From Gammaproteobacteria bacterium (GTDB taxonomy: Bacteria > Pseudomonadota > Gammaproteobacteria > UBA4575), in NCBI GenBank assembly GCA_965243395.1, contig CBDEUS010000001.1, forward strand, positions 416,001 through 480,000: DNA of 64,000 bases, given 5' to 3'. How positions within the stretch are numbered: position 1 is the first letter of the stretch; each line of letters opens with the position of its first letter. Below the pieces are notes generated by a model. It did not search any database, was not told where the DNA came from, and saw nothing but the letters and a program-made list of their open reading frames with translations. Position numbers and translations under genes: made by a program. Shown piece by piece: positions 44,199-54,346 of this stretch.

Positions 44199-45464
44199 AT
44201 GAGATTTAATAGTTTAAAAGAATGGTTGAATTGGCAACAAACTCTGCATTCGCAAAAAATAGAGTTGGGTTTAGAGCGTATTGCCGAAGTAGCCAACACT
44301 ATGGGGGTAGCAAGGCCAAAATATAAAACCATAGTGGTGGCAGGCACAAATGGTAAAGGCTCCATAGTAAGCGTTTTAGAATCTATTTATCTACGAGCGG
44401 GTTATCGTGTAGGCGCTTATACTTCACCACATTTGCTGCACTACAACGAACGTATTCGTGTTCAACAAAAAAATACAGATGATGAAATTTTATGTAATGC
44501 ATTTGATATAGTGGATCGTACTCGTGGGGAAACAAGCTTAAGTTATTTCGAATTTGGCACATTAGCTGCAATGCAAATTTTTAGTGAATCCAAATTGGAT
44601 GTCGCGATTTATGAGGTAGGTTTAGGTGGAAGGCTTGATGCAGTCAACATTTTAGATTCTGATTTAGCTTTCGTTTCTAGTATTGGGATTGACCACGTTC
44701 AGTGGTTAGGACCCACACGCGAATCGATTGGCTATGAAAAAGCAGGTGTATTTCGATCCAATCATATTGCAATTTGTGGAGACATGGACCCGCCCAGCAG
44801 TTTGACTAAATATGCAAAAGAATTAGGGACGAATCTGCTAGTAATAAATAAAGATTTCTCCTATGAAAAACAGAATAGCAAGACATGGTCATTTGATAGT
44901 GAAAAAATGAGTTGGGATAATTTGCCTATGCCAAGCTTGTATGGGGATGTTCAATTAAGAAATGTGGCTACAGCTCTGATGGGTGTGGTAAGCATGGATG
45001 AAAAATTACCGGTCACACGCGAGAGTATTGATCATGGTTTGACTAATATTAGTTTGCCTGGACGCTTCCAGCGTATCCAAGGGCCATGTGAAATCATTTT
45101 AGATGTGGCTCACAATGTGGATAGTGCAAAAGTATTGGTGAATAATCTAAACGAACTAGAACCTGTGACGAAGACCATAGCCGTTTTTGCTGTATTAGCA
45201 GATAAAGATATCTCCGGTATTATTGAATGTGTTGGTGAAGTCTTTGATGAATGGCATATTTCCCAGCTTAAATCTGAGCGAATGCTTGGGAAAGAGAAAT
45301 TAAAACAACAGCTCGAAAACTATTGTAACGAGTGCCTAGTTTATACACATGACTCAATTTCTGCTGCCTATAAAGCGGTAAAAAATAAGGTCGACGAATC
45401 AATGCGAATAGTAGTTTTTGGTTCGTTTTTAACAGTAGCAGAAGCACTGAGCCAAGAAGTATAA
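44199..45464 (+). CDS. folC: Folylpolyglutamate/dihydrofolate synthase
   Basis: VAGTNGKGS, YTSPHL..YNERI, EVGLGGRLDAVN, DVAHN; start at ATG 44199 or 44172. Confidence 0.95.
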   Translation: MRFNSLKEWLNWQQTLHSQKIELGLERIAEVANTMGVARPKYKTIVVAGTNGKGSIVSVLESIYLRAGYRVGAYTSPHLLHYNERIRVQQKNTDDEILCNAFDIVDRTRGETSLSYFEFGTLAAMQIFSESKLDVAIYEVGLGGRLDAVNILDSDLAFVSSIGIDHVQWLGPTRESIGYEKAGVFRSNHIAICGDMDPPSSLTKYAKELGTNLLVINKDFSYEKQNSKTWSFDSEKMSWDNLPMPSLYGDVQLRNVATALMGVVSMDEKLPVTRESIDHGLTNISLPGRFQRIQGPCEIILDVAHNVDSAKVLVNNLNELEPVTKTIAVFAVLADKDISGIIECVGEVFDEWHISQLKSERMLGKEKLKQQLENYCNECLVYTHDSISAAYKAVKNKVDESMRIVVFGSFLTVAEALSQEV

Positions 45465-45563
45465 TTTGGTCTCTAGGCAAAGGGATGCTAAAAAATTGAT
45501 TTTTTTGTTAAACGGACTTAAAGGTTGATGGTCTAAGTTTTTCCTATACTTAAGATATATATT

Positions 45564-46172
45564 ATGGAAACTACATTAAAACAACGCCTGATTGGAGCCG
45601 CAGTCATTATTGCGCTAGCGGTAATTTTTGTACCTATGATATTAGATGGTTCTGGTCGTGAAGAATCCGTCGCGCTGGATATGGAAGTACCGCCCGAACC
45701 TACTTTTACTTTTGAAAGTGAATTACCCGATCCAAAAAAATTAGATGAACTACCACCTATTGATGCAGAAGTGGTCGAAGAACAAGAGGAGCCCAAAGTA
45801 GAAAAGTCTGCTGATCAAGAGTCCAATGAAACTGTAAAGACAGAAAATCCAGACAAAAAAGAGGAACAAAAGATTGCAACCGCGACTCAAGTGGTTGAAG
45901 CCACGGAAGACCATATTGAAACTAATCCTGCATTGAGTGCTTGGGCAGTACAGGTTGCCGCCTTTGGTGAGAAAAACAAGGCGGTAGCATTACAAGAAAA
46001 ATTGATAGCCAAGAATTTACCGGCCTTTACTGAGCAGTCTGAAAAAGGCAATAAAATACTTTACCGAGTAAAAGTTGGTCCTGAGCTACAACGTGAAAAT
46101 GCCGAAAAATTACGTGATAAAATTGAAAAAGAGCATGGTTTAAAAGGTAGTTTTGTAACTAAACATCCTTGA
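45564..46172 (+). CDS. dedD: Cell division SPOR-domain protein DedD
   Basis: KQRLIGA TM segment, C-terminal SPOR (WAVQVAAF, YRVKVGP); folC-dedD-cvpA-purF order. Confidence 0.88.
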   Translation: METTLKQRLIGAAVIIALAVIFVPMILDGSGREESVALDMEVPPEPTFTFESELPDPKKLDELPPIDAEVVEEQEEPKVEKSADQESNETVKTENPDKKEEQKIATATQVVEATEDHIETNPALSAWAVQVAAFGEKNKAVALQEKLIAKNLPAFTEQSEKGNKILYRVKVGPELQRENAEKLRDKIEKEHGLKGSFVTKHP

Positions 46173-46228
46173 TGAAAATTAAATTACTGTGCTGAGAAAA
46201 TATTTTATTTAACCGCTAGAAGTCACAT

Positions 46229-46795
46229 ATGGAATTTTCTTGGATTGATATAGGAATTATCATCATTCTTTTGATCTCGATAGCTGTGGCTATCTTTCGT
46301 GGCTTTGTGAAAGAGGCAGTATCACTTGCGAGTTGGGTAATTGCAATTTGGTTGGCGATGACGTTCTCACATCAGGTGGCATTATTTTTACCTTCAAGTA
46401 TCGATGAAGCTTCTATCAGCTTGTCTCAAAGCGAAGTAGAGGTGAGTAAATTACGTATTGGTATTGCCTTTGTGCTGATTGTTATTGGAACTTTGATTGC
46501 AGGAGCATTGTTAAATTATATTCTTAGTCATTTAACTAAAAATCGTGCTATTAAAGGTATAGATAGAATCTTGGGCGGTTTTTTTGGTTTCTTTCGTGGA
46601 ACCGCAATTGTAGTGTTATTAATTTTGGCAGCTTCTTATACTAATTTTCCGGTATCTGAAACCTGGAAATCTTCACAAGTTTTACCCCCATTTGAAGAAG
46701 TCGCAAAAAAAGCTATTGAGATGATGCCTCCAGAATTTTCTAAATATTTCTCACTAGATGAGAAAGAATTAACAGCTTCTTCTTTTCACTTATAG
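46229..46795 (+). CDS. cvpA: CvpA family membrane protein
   Basis: RGFVKEAVSL, DRILGGFFGFFRG. Confidence 0.92.
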   Translation: MEFSWIDIGIIIILLISIAVAIFRGFVKEAVSLASWVIAIWLAMTFSHQVALFLPSSIDEASISLSQSEVEVSKLRIGIAFVLIVIGTLIAGALLNYILSHLTKNRAIKGIDRILGGFFGFFRGTAIVVLLILAASYTNFPVSETWKSSQVLPPFEEVAKKAIEMMPPEFSKYFSLDEKELTASSFHL

Positions 46796-46813
46796 CGAAA
46801 TCGAATCTAAAAG

Positions 46814-48319
46814 ATGTGTGGAATAGCAGGAATCGTTGCAAACAGCGCGGTTAATCAAGACTTATATAACGCTTTATTGATGTTGCAACATCGAGGGCAA
46901 GATGCTGCGGGCATTGTTACATACGATAACGGGAGATTGTATCAACGCAAATCGATTGGATTAGTAAGTGATGTTTTCCAAAGCCGTCACATGGAGCGTC
47001 TAAAAGGGAATATGGGTATCGGTCATGTTCGTTATCCTACTGCTGGCACATCATCTTCGGCAGAAGCACAACCGTTCTATGTAAATTCACCTTTTGGTAT
47101 TTCCCTGGCGCATAACGGAAATTTAGTGAATGCTGAGCAACTTAAAAAAGAATTGTTTTTAGAGGATCGGCGACATCTTAACACCGATTCAGATTCGGAA
47201 ATTCTATTAAATGTATTTGCACATGAATTAGCTAAACAGGAGTCTTTGCAACTACACCCGGATGATGTCTTCGCTGCGGTAAGGGGTGTACATAGACGCT
47301 GTAAAGGTGCTTATGCAGTTGTAGCTATGCTCACGGGTCGTGGAATTGTTGCATTCAGAGATCCTAATGGAATTCGACCTTTAGTGTACGGTGTGCGTGA
47401 ATCTAAACATGGTATGGAATATATAGTTGCATCCGAAAGTGTAGCCTTGGATGTTTTAGGTTATAGCTTAGTGCGAGATATTTCCCCGGGTGAAGCAATA
47501 TTTATCGATGAGCATGGCAAAATTTCTACCCAGCAATGCGCAAGTGATGCATTACACACGCCGTGTATTTTTGAATACGTCTATTTCGCAAGACCTGATT
47601 CGGTAATTGAAGATGTTTTTGTGCAGAAAGCGCGTATGCGCATGGGGCAGTGCTTGGCAAAAAAAATTCTTCAGGAATGGAAAGATCACGACATTGACGT
47701 TGTGATGCCTATACCAGATACCAGTCGCACGACTGCAATAGAAATTGCCTATCTGTTGGGTGTGAAGTACCGTGAAGGTTTCATTAAGAACCGCTACATT
47801 GCACGAACATTTATTATGCCAGGTCAAAAGAAACGTAAGAAATCAGTACGACAAAAATTAAACCCTGTGGGTTTAGAATTTCGCGATAAAAATGTTTTAC
47901 TGGTGGATGATTCGATTGTTCGTGGAACGACTTCTCGAGAGATTGCTCAGATGGCACGAGATACAGGCGCAAAGAAGGTTTACTTTGCTTCTGCATCACC
48001 ACCTGTTCGTTATCAAAATATTTATGGTATTGATATGCCTGCGCGTAAAGAGCTAATTGCTTACAATCGCGATGTTGATGAAATATGCAAAGAAATTCAA
48101 GCGGATGGGCTGATTTACCAAGATCTAGACGATCTTATATGGTCAGTACAGCAAGGCAATTTACGTTTAGAAAAATTTGATACTTCAGTGTTTAATGGAG
48201 ACTATATAACAGGAGTTGAAAAAGGATATTTTGAGAACCTTGAAAGTACTCGCAATGATAAATCTAAACAAGAGCGTGAAAAAGAGTATGTAGGAATTGA
48301 TTTGCATAACAGTAATTAA
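46814..48319 (+). CDS. purF: Amidophosphoribosyltransferase
   Basis: MCGI N-terminal Cys, [23 protein letters not shown]. Confidence 0.98.
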   Translation: MCGIAGIVANSAVNQDLYNALLMLQHRGQDAAGIVTYDNGRLYQRKSIGLVSDVFQSRHMERLKGNMGIGHVRYPTAGTSSSAEAQPFYVNSPFGISLAHNGNLVNAEQLKKELFLEDRRHLNTDSDSEILLNVFAHELAKQESLQLHPDDVFAAVRGVHRRCKGAYAVVAMLTGRGIVAFRDPNGIRPLVYGVRESKHGMEYIVASESVALDVLGYSLVRDISPGEAIFIDEHGKISTQQCASDALHTPCIFEYVYFARPDSVIEDVFVQKARMRMGQCLAKKILQEWKDHDIDVVMPIPDTSRTTAIEIAYLLGVKYREGFIKNRYIARTFIMPGQKKRKKSVRQKLNPVGLEFRDKNVLLVDDSIVRGTTSREIAQMARDTGAKKVYFASASPPVRYQNIYGIDMPARKELIAYNRDVDEICKEIQADGLIYQDLDDLIWSVQQGNLRLEKFDTSVFNGDYITGVEKGYFENLESTRNDKSKQEREKEYVGIDLHNSN

Positions 48320-48330
48320 TACTTACTACC

Positions 48331-48903
48331 ATGTCAGACAATAAAACAGCTGAAGAACTGTTACCCATCTTGCAGCAGACCTGTGAAAAATATCCATTGC
48401 ATGCAGGTTTTCCAGCAGCAATAGTTAAAGTAAATGAACAAAACTTATTTTTATTTGAAAAAAATAAACTGATCGCGGAATATCCTGTCTCGACATCGCG
48501 ATATGGAGTAGGACAAATAGAGGGTTCGTATATGACCCCTTTAGGTGTGCATTATGTTCAAGAAAAAATTGGTGCGCAGTCCAAATGTGGTGAAATATTT
48601 TTATCACGAGAACCGACCCATACTATGGTTAACATAGAGCATAATGCAGTTAGCACGGATAAAGAATGTATAACTTCCCGAATCCTTTGGTTGAGTGGGA
48701 TGGAAGAAGGGTTTAATAAGGGAATTAATTCAGCGGGCGAGTGTGTAGATAGCTATGAGCGATATATTTATATACATGGTACGCATGAAGAAGGACTTAT
48801 AGGGCAAGTTGCTTCAATAGGCTGTGTACGAATGAAAAATATTGACGTAATTGATCTTTTTGATCGTCTCGTACTTTCTTCCTTAGTTATTATCTTGAAC
48901 TAG
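48331..48903 (+). CDS. L,D-transpeptidase (YkuD domain)
   Basis: YPVST, TPLG, IYIHGT...SIGCVRM catalytic His/Cys. Confidence 0.88.
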   Translation: MSDNKTAEELLPILQQTCEKYPLHAGFPAAIVKVNEQNLFLFEKNKLIAEYPVSTSRYGVGQIEGSYMTPLGVHYVQEKIGAQSKCGEIFLSREPTHTMVNIEHNAVSTDKECITSRILWLSGMEEGFNKGINSAGECVDSYERYIYIHGTHEEGLIGQVASIGCVRMKNIDVIDLFDRLVLSSLVIILN

Positions 48904-48911
48904 ATTAATAA

Positions 48912-49706
48912 ATGCTTAGTTTGTTTCAGTCAGCATTAGATTGTTTGTTGATTACCGATCCGCGAGATAAGTGCAAATCTGTATTCGCATTACAGAAACA
49001 TTTTCATATAGATAATAATGCCCTGGTTAATTCAATTGATGTTAGCTCAATCATTACTCCAGGCCGTCCTGATTTGCCTAAACTAGTTCCTCCGCAACAG
49101 GTTCCCAAGCGCAAGTTAGCCACAGAAGAAGGACGCATTGCACTTATACATGCAATTGCTCATATAGAGTTCAATGCTATCAACTTGGCATTGGATGCGA
49201 TGATGCGTTTTCAAGATATGCCCATTGAATATTATCAAGACTGGATGCGAGTTGCGTTCGAAGAAGCGCAACATTTCACAATGCTGCAAAAACGACTGCA
49301 GCAATCAGGTTACAACTATGGTGATTTTGATGCACATAATGGCTTGTGGGAAATGGCAATGAAAACACGTGATAGCGTGATCGCACGAATGGCATTAGTG
49401 CCAAGAGTGCTGGAAGCCAGAGGCTTGGATGTTACGCCGGGAATGATAAAGCGATTAGAAAGCTATAAAGATTTTGAAACCGTTGAGATTTTAAAAATAA
49501 TTTTTGAACAGGAAATAGGGCACGTTGCAATCGGGAGTCGCTGGTTTAAATATGCCTGTGAACAAAAACATCTAGAACCAGAAAAAACATTTCAGGACTT
49601 GCTAAAAGAGTATATGTCGGGTGAGCTTAGAGGCCCCTTTGAAATAGATGCACGAAAAAAAGCAGGCTTCAGCCATGCAGAGCTGCAAGCTTTACAAAAT
49701 GTGTAA
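48912..49706 (+). CDS. Ferritin-like DUF455 family protein
   Basis: HAIAHIEFNAINLA, EEAQHF, EARGLD, EIGHV. Confidence 0.88.
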   Translation: MLSLFQSALDCLLITDPRDKCKSVFALQKHFHIDNNALVNSIDVSSIITPGRPDLPKLVPPQQVPKRKLATEEGRIALIHAIAHIEFNAINLALDAMMRFQDMPIEYYQDWMRVAFEEAQHFTMLQKRLQQSGYNYGDFDAHNGLWEMAMKTRDSVIARMALVPRVLEARGLDVTPGMIKRLESYKDFETVEILKIIFEQEIGHVAIGSRWFKYACEQKHLEPEKTFQDLLKEYMSGELRGPFEIDARKKAGFSHAELQALQNV

Positions 49707-49741
49707 ATTACACATCGTTAAATAGCAATCAAGAACAATGA

Positions 49742-49969
49742 TTATTTTTTAAATAACCCTTTAACGACTTTAAGTGATTTGTCTATGCTTTTTGCGTCAG
49801 ACTCTCTTCGTTTCATCACTCTTCTTTCTTTCATCACTAGTTTGTGATCATCATCGATAAAAGGAAACCGTGTCTTGGAATTTGAAATTCTTCGATCACC
49901 ATATTTTCTTCGCTCAATTGAGTCGTCATTACTTTCTGTGCTGTGTGATTTTTTCGCAGGATTTAACAT
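49742..49969 (-). CDS. Small basic hypothetical protein with ERR/DRR motifs
   Basis: AGGA RBS; ERRKYGDRR and ERRVMKRR. Confidence 0.6.
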   Translation of the reverse strand: MLNPAKKSHSTESNDDSIERRKYGDRRISNSKTRFPFIDDDHKLVMKERRVMKRRESDAKSIDKSLKVVKGLFKK

Positions 49970-50156
49970 ATCCTTAATCTATATTTACAAAAAATAAAAT
50001 TATAGACTCACAAAATTTGACTTGAGCAACAGTTGAATAAGAGGATTAATTGGATACCTGAACGGTTAAACACTTATATAAAACGTGATTGAGTACTCAA
50101 TTTAAAATGCTTTCTGATTTGCTCCTATCCTCTTAGAAAACAAGCATCGGAATCTG

Positions 50157-50879
50157 TCAGGTGCGTAGGGTTTCAAGATGTGAACTATCAGGAGTGCAGC
50201 GGAGAACACTGCCTTGGTCATACCAGTCTCCTAGCACGGTTCGTTGATGGGGTTTGCCATTTAATATGAATTCATGCTCGGCAGGGCGGTGAGTGTGGCC
50301 ATGAATCAAGTGCGTGACATTATGTTTTTGCATTACTTTTTCGACAGTTTGTTGGTTTACATCCATGATTTCTTCTGGTTTCTCTTGAATAGCTGATTTG
50401 CTCTTATTGCGTAAACCATCCGCAATTTTTAGGCGTTGCTTTACGCTAAGTAATAGCACGGCTCTTCTAATTAACGGGTTGCGTGCTTTCGCGCGATATT
50501 TTTGATAAGCAATATCATCGGTGCATAACGTATCACCATGCATAATGAGCGTAGGGGTGCCATATAAATCGATTACCGTTTCTTCCTGTAATATTTTGCA
50601 CTGTATTTGTCTAGCAAACTTTTTGCCTATTAAGAAATCACGGTTTCCATGAATTAAAAAAACGGGCGTTCCCGAAGCACTGAAAGTGCGAAGAGAATCA
50701 ATTACTGGTTCAAGTCCTACTGCAGGGTCGTCATCACCAATCCAGTATTCAAATAGATCGCCTAAAATATATAGCGCATCTACACCAGAATTACTTTCTA
50801 AAAAACGACAAAAAGCCGCAATGATATGCGGCCTTTTGGGATCGAGATGTAAATCAGATACAAATAGTGTTTGAGTCAT
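50157..50879 (-). CDS. lpxH: UDP-2,3-diacylglucosamine diphosphatase
   Basis: SDLH, LGDLF, HGNRDF, HGD, HGHTH, LGDW; downstream of ppiB. Confidence 0.95.
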   Translation of the reverse strand: MTQTLFVSDLHLDPKRPHIIAAFCRFLESNSGVDALYILGDLFEYWIGDDDPAVGLEPVIDSLRTFSASGTPVFLIHGNRDFLIGKKFARQIQCKILQEETVIDLYGTPTLIMHGDTLCTDDIAYQKYRAKARNPLIRRAVLLLSVKQRLKIADGLRNKSKSAIQEKPEEIMDVNQQTVEKVMQKHNVTHLIHGHTHRPAEHEFILNGKPHQRTVLGDWYDQGSVLRCTPDSSHLETLRT

Positions 50880-50904
50880 TCCTCAATACTTGTTTGATAT
50901 CGAA

Positions 50905-51483
50905 TTATTCTACAACGGTGACTTTCTCAATCACGACCGTTTCAGAAGGTACGTCCTGGTAAGGGCCTTTAGTTGTTGTAGGGACATCTTTGATTTTATT
51001 TACAACATCCATGCCTTCAGTAACTTTACCAAAGACAGCATATCCCCATCCTTGTGGAGTTTCACTGCTGAAATTCAAGAAATCATTGTCTTTAACATTA
51101 ATAAAAAATTGTGCAGTAGCGGAGTGTGGGTCTCCTGTTCTTGCCATAGCAATTGTGCCTACATCATTTTTAAGCCCATTATTGGCTTCATTGTTAATAG
51201 GATCATGTGTAGTTTTTTGGCTCATATCTTCAGTAAAACCGCCACCCTGTATCATGAAATTTGATATCACACGATGAAAAATCGTGCCATCATAAAAACC
51301 TTCTTTTGCATAAGTTAAGAAGTTCGCAACAGTGTTTGGAGCATTATCAGCATCGAGTTCGAGCATGATTGTTCCGTGATTAGTGTCCATTTTTACCATT
51401 GTAGTTTCTGCCTGAGTGTTAGTGGTTATCATGAAAAATGATATGAATACGAACAGAAGAATTTGCTTGCGCAATGATTTCAT
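50905..51483 (-). CDS. ppiB: Cyclophilin-type peptidyl-prolyl isomerase
   Basis: [37 protein letters not shown]; the N-terminal extension looks like a signal peptide. Confidence 0.88.
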   Translation of the reverse strand: MKSLRKQILLFVFISFFMITTNTQAETTMVKMDTNHGTIMLELDADNAPNTVANFLTYAKEGFYDGTIFHRVISNFMIQGGGFTEDMSQKTTHDPINNEANNGLKNDVGTIAMARTGDPHSATAQFFINVKDNDFLNFSSETPQGWGYAVFGKVTEGMDVVNKIKDVPTTTKGPYQDVPSETVVIEKVTVVE

Positions 51484-51636
51484 TTCGCCTCCAATATGTT
51501 TGTGAATATTAATAATTTCATATATTTGTCAGGAAAACCACCTCTAAAGTTCAGAGTATGGCGTGTGGATTCGAGCTGATTAATCAGTAAAACTAAGTTA
51601 AATAGCATTCAAGATGTGGATGGATCCCGTGTGGCA

Positions 51637-51666
51637 TTGACCTATGGAATCACTAGCACGTATGAT
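51637..51666 (+). promoter_or_regulatory. Putative sigma-70 promoter for tRNA-Pro
   Basis: TTGACC-N18-TATGAT followed by a GC-rich discriminator (CCGC). Confidence 0.5.
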
Positions 51667-51720
51667 CCGCAATCGGTTAAGTTTGATGGTTCTTCCGCCA
51701 TCGATATAAAATCAAGAGAT

Positions 51721-51797
51721 CGGGGCATAGCGCAGTCTGGTAGCGCATCTGCTTTGGGAGCAGAGGGTCGGGGGTTCAAATCCCTCTGCCCCGACCA
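51721..51797 (+). tRNA. tRNA-Pro (TGG)
   Basis: Cloverleaf CGGGGCA.../TGCCCCG-ACCA, anticodon arm CTGCT-TTGGG-AGCAG, GGTTCAAATCC T-arm. Confidence 0.97.
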
Positions 51798-51861
51798 CTT
51801 TCGCGACGGGTACTAGTCGCAGGATAAGTGTTTCGAAGCTATTCAAATATTTTAATAAACC

Positions 51862-52164
51862 TCAAGGATCTGTAAACGATCCTTTCTTATATATATAGAC
51901 GTATGAGACATGGGTGTCTCTAACAAACCCGCTTTCCAATCCCAATTGATTTATGAAATGACGCTCCACTGCGCGAGCTTCTGCATCTTTTATTGGTTGT
52001 GCGTTAAATAAATGAGGTATTGATCTACTGACATGATGTTCCTGATAAAGCCGACGATATAAGTTATCTGAAACACCTACATACCAACTGTTGCTTAGCC
52101 CGCCATTCTCAGCAATGTATGTATTGAACTCTAAAATTAATTTATTGACTATGCTTGTATTCAC
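51862..52164 (-). CDS. Small hypothetical protein with a GIY-YIG-like motif
   Basis: WYVGVSDNLYRRLYQEH...ARAVE resembles the YIG/R/H/E core; GTG start. Confidence 0.55.
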   Translation of the reverse strand: MNTSIVNKLILEFNTYIAENGGLSNSWYVGVSDNLYRRLYQEHHVSRSIPHLFNAQPIKDAEARAVERHFINQLGLESGFVRDTHVSYVYIYKKGSFTDP

Positions 52165-52324
52165 TCTCTTAAAATTGCGTTACCAGCACTGGGAAGTTGT
52201 GGAATAACAAATACTGGCAACGCGGTCCCCGAAACTTATTAAACATGTGTCACTAGCGCCAACTACGTGCTTTGTGATAACAACTACACTTTTCCTAAAA
52301 AACTGTATATCAGAAATACGAGGT

Positions 52325-52702
52325 ATGTACGATATAGTTGGACTATCAACAATAATTCATGAACCTAGAATCTGGACTGTTAGAAATGACCTTGTAATTG
52401 GAGGCCAGCCTGTAGGCGCAGTAATCATTCATGTTCCGCCAATTGTTAATGACACTGAAGTGTCAAAGTATGTAGGGAACTGTTGCTTGTATGGAGATGT
52501 AAAAGGAAAACTTGTTCTTTCATCAAACGTCGTTTACAAACATTATGAAATACCCGAATGTAACTATATTGGATTTGAGCATTTTAGAAAGTTAAGTGAC
52601 GAAGTTTACGATGTTAGTGGTACTATTATTGATGATCGATCAACTGTACTCCAGTGGGAATACCAGCTAGAAAGAACTGAGAGCAGTGTTCCTGTTTCGT
52701 AA
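52325..52702 (+). CDS. Hypothetical protein
   Basis: Open frame 52247-52702; ATG at 52325 follows GAGG; no recognisable motif. Confidence 0.5.
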   Translation: MYDIVGLSTIIHEPRIWTVRNDLVIGGQPVGAVIIHVPPIVNDTEVSKYVGNCCLYGDVKGKLVLSSNVVYKHYEIPECNYIGFEHFRKLSDEVYDVSGTIIDDRSTVLQWEYQLERTESSVPVS

Positions 52703-52869
52703 CTTGCGTCTTCTTACGCATTTACGCTGTGAGTAGTCACTAAATAATGTCTATGCCATTCCAGCTGCATCATTAATTATAAAGTCTACTTTTCTCAAAA
52801 TTGTAAATTTTCAGGGTCTATTCAATTCAGAAAGCCCTTTGAAATTAATAACTTGGAATTCAAAATGCC

Positions 52870-52917
52870 GCTATTTGGAGTAAAGGGTCGGTGGGATTTA
52901 ACACCTTGCTTCAACCA
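52870..52917 (+). repeat. Degenerate direct copy of the tRNA-Pro 3' half (possible relic att site)
   Basis: GCTATTTGGAGTAAAGGGTCGGTGGGATTTAACACCTTGCTTCAACCA versus tRNA GCTTTGGGAGCAGAGGGTCGGGGGTTCAAATCCCTCTGCCCCGACCA; about 60% identity by eye, ending in ACCA. Confidence 0.45.
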
Positions 52918-53022
52918 GTCTTTTTGAGTACTTCTAGCAGCTAACTGACTTCGAAGCGATTTTTTGCAACCTATTTTCTTTGTCATATAAACAACTCGAT
53001 AATGTTCTACTAAGATAGAACT

Positions 53023-54318
53023 ATGTCGAAAAGCTCATTACCACCCGGACCTGAACAAGCATTTAGTCTAAATGCTGATGAACAATCCTTTGAATTGATT
53101 GGGAGTTTACTGAGTGAGTATGGAGATATTGTTAGCCTGCCAAGCCCTGAAGGGAAACCCGCACAAATAATCATTAATCACCCTGATTACATTAAAGAAG
53201 TATTTGTAACCGAACATAAAAGTATGCAAAAGGGCACAGGATTTGATCGTGTGAAAATTTTGCTTGGTAATGGGCTTATTGTGAGTGATGGGGAATTTTG
53301 GCAGCGTCAAAAACGCATGATTCAACCGATGTTTCATAAAAATGTATTACAGAAAGTGCACACCATTATGTGTGAATGCAATATTCGTTTGGTTGAAAAC
53401 TGGAAAACCAAAACAGAACAGGGGAAGAATATCAATGTAACTAAAGATACTTGTTATCTTGCTTTAGAAATTATCCTGCGCGCACTATTTAGTGAAGACT
53501 ATGATGAAATGTCCTATAAAGGCGTTAACCCGTTTTTCGTCTTAGCCGAACATACGGAAAGGGATTTAGACTTAGTAGTTAAATTTCATAATTTAGGTAA
53601 GTATGTCACACGTTGTATGCAAGATCGTATTGAGCATGAACGTTATCCTGATGACTTACTGTCTATGCTGATGTTGACGGAGGATAAAATCACTCAAGAG
53701 CGAATGACAGAAAAGGAAGTATTAGATGAAGTGATGACTCTGATCGTTGCGGCACATGAAACGACAGCAGCTACGGTTAATTGGATTTGGTATTTTCTTT
53801 CTGAATATGATCAGGTTCTTGCCGGTATCAGAGATGAAATTGACCGCTTAGAGTCAAATCCGCCCAATTTTGAAGCCTTGCAAAAACTGCCATATATTCG
53901 ACAAGTGATTGATGAGGCATTGCGCATGTACCCACCCGGATGGTTACTAAGTCGAGAGGCAATTGAGGACGTTGAGTTAGGAGGTTATCAGCTAGAGGCA
54001 GGCACAAATATTTTTATTTCTCCCTATTTTGTGCACCGACACGAGAAATTTTGGCAACAGCCAGAACAGTTTGATCCACATCGTTTTTCTGAGAGCAATG
54101 CCAAGCAGATCAATCGTTATGCCTATTTTCCATTTTCTATGGGGCAAAGAAGATGCCCAGGCGAAATATTTGCATTGATTGAAATGCAAGTGCATTTCGC
54201 TTATGTTTGCAAGCACTTGGATATGAAATATATTAAAGACATGCCAATTACTTTAGAACCTTTGATAAATCTGCGTACGCAACAAGATTTTTACATGCAA
54301 GCACAGCCTCGCCATTAA
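53023..54318 (+). CDS. Cytochrome P450
   Basis: I-helix AAHETT, ExxR (EALR), FDPHRF, heme motif FPFSMGQRRCPG. Confidence 0.95.
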   Translation: MSKSSLPPGPEQAFSLNADEQSFELIGSLLSEYGDIVSLPSPEGKPAQIIINHPDYIKEVFVTEHKSMQKGTGFDRVKILLGNGLIVSDGEFWQRQKRMIQPMFHKNVLQKVHTIMCECNIRLVENWKTKTEQGKNINVTKDTCYLALEIILRALFSEDYDEMSYKGVNPFFVLAEHTERDLDLVVKFHNLGKYVTRCMQDRIEHERYPDDLLSMLMLTEDKITQERMTEKEVLDEVMTLIVAAHETTAATVNWIWYFLSEYDQVLAGIRDEIDRLESNPPNFEALQKLPYIRQVIDEALRMYPPGWLLSREAIEDVELGGYQLEAGTNIFISPYFVHRHEKFWQQPEQFDPHRFSESNAKQINRYAYFPFSMGQRRCPGEIFALIEMQVHFAYVCKHLDMKYIKDMPITLEPLINLRTQQDFYMQAQPRH

Positions 54319-54346
54319 TTCTTGGCAATTCAATTAAAATTAAATA

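Noticed and set aside
50088-50101. Perfect 14-bp palindrome ATTGAGTACTCAAT
   Set aside because: Single AT-rich occurrence with no assignable regulator; could be chance.
51616-51816. 66-aa ORF
   Set aside because: Overlaps tRNA-Pro and its promoter; spurious.
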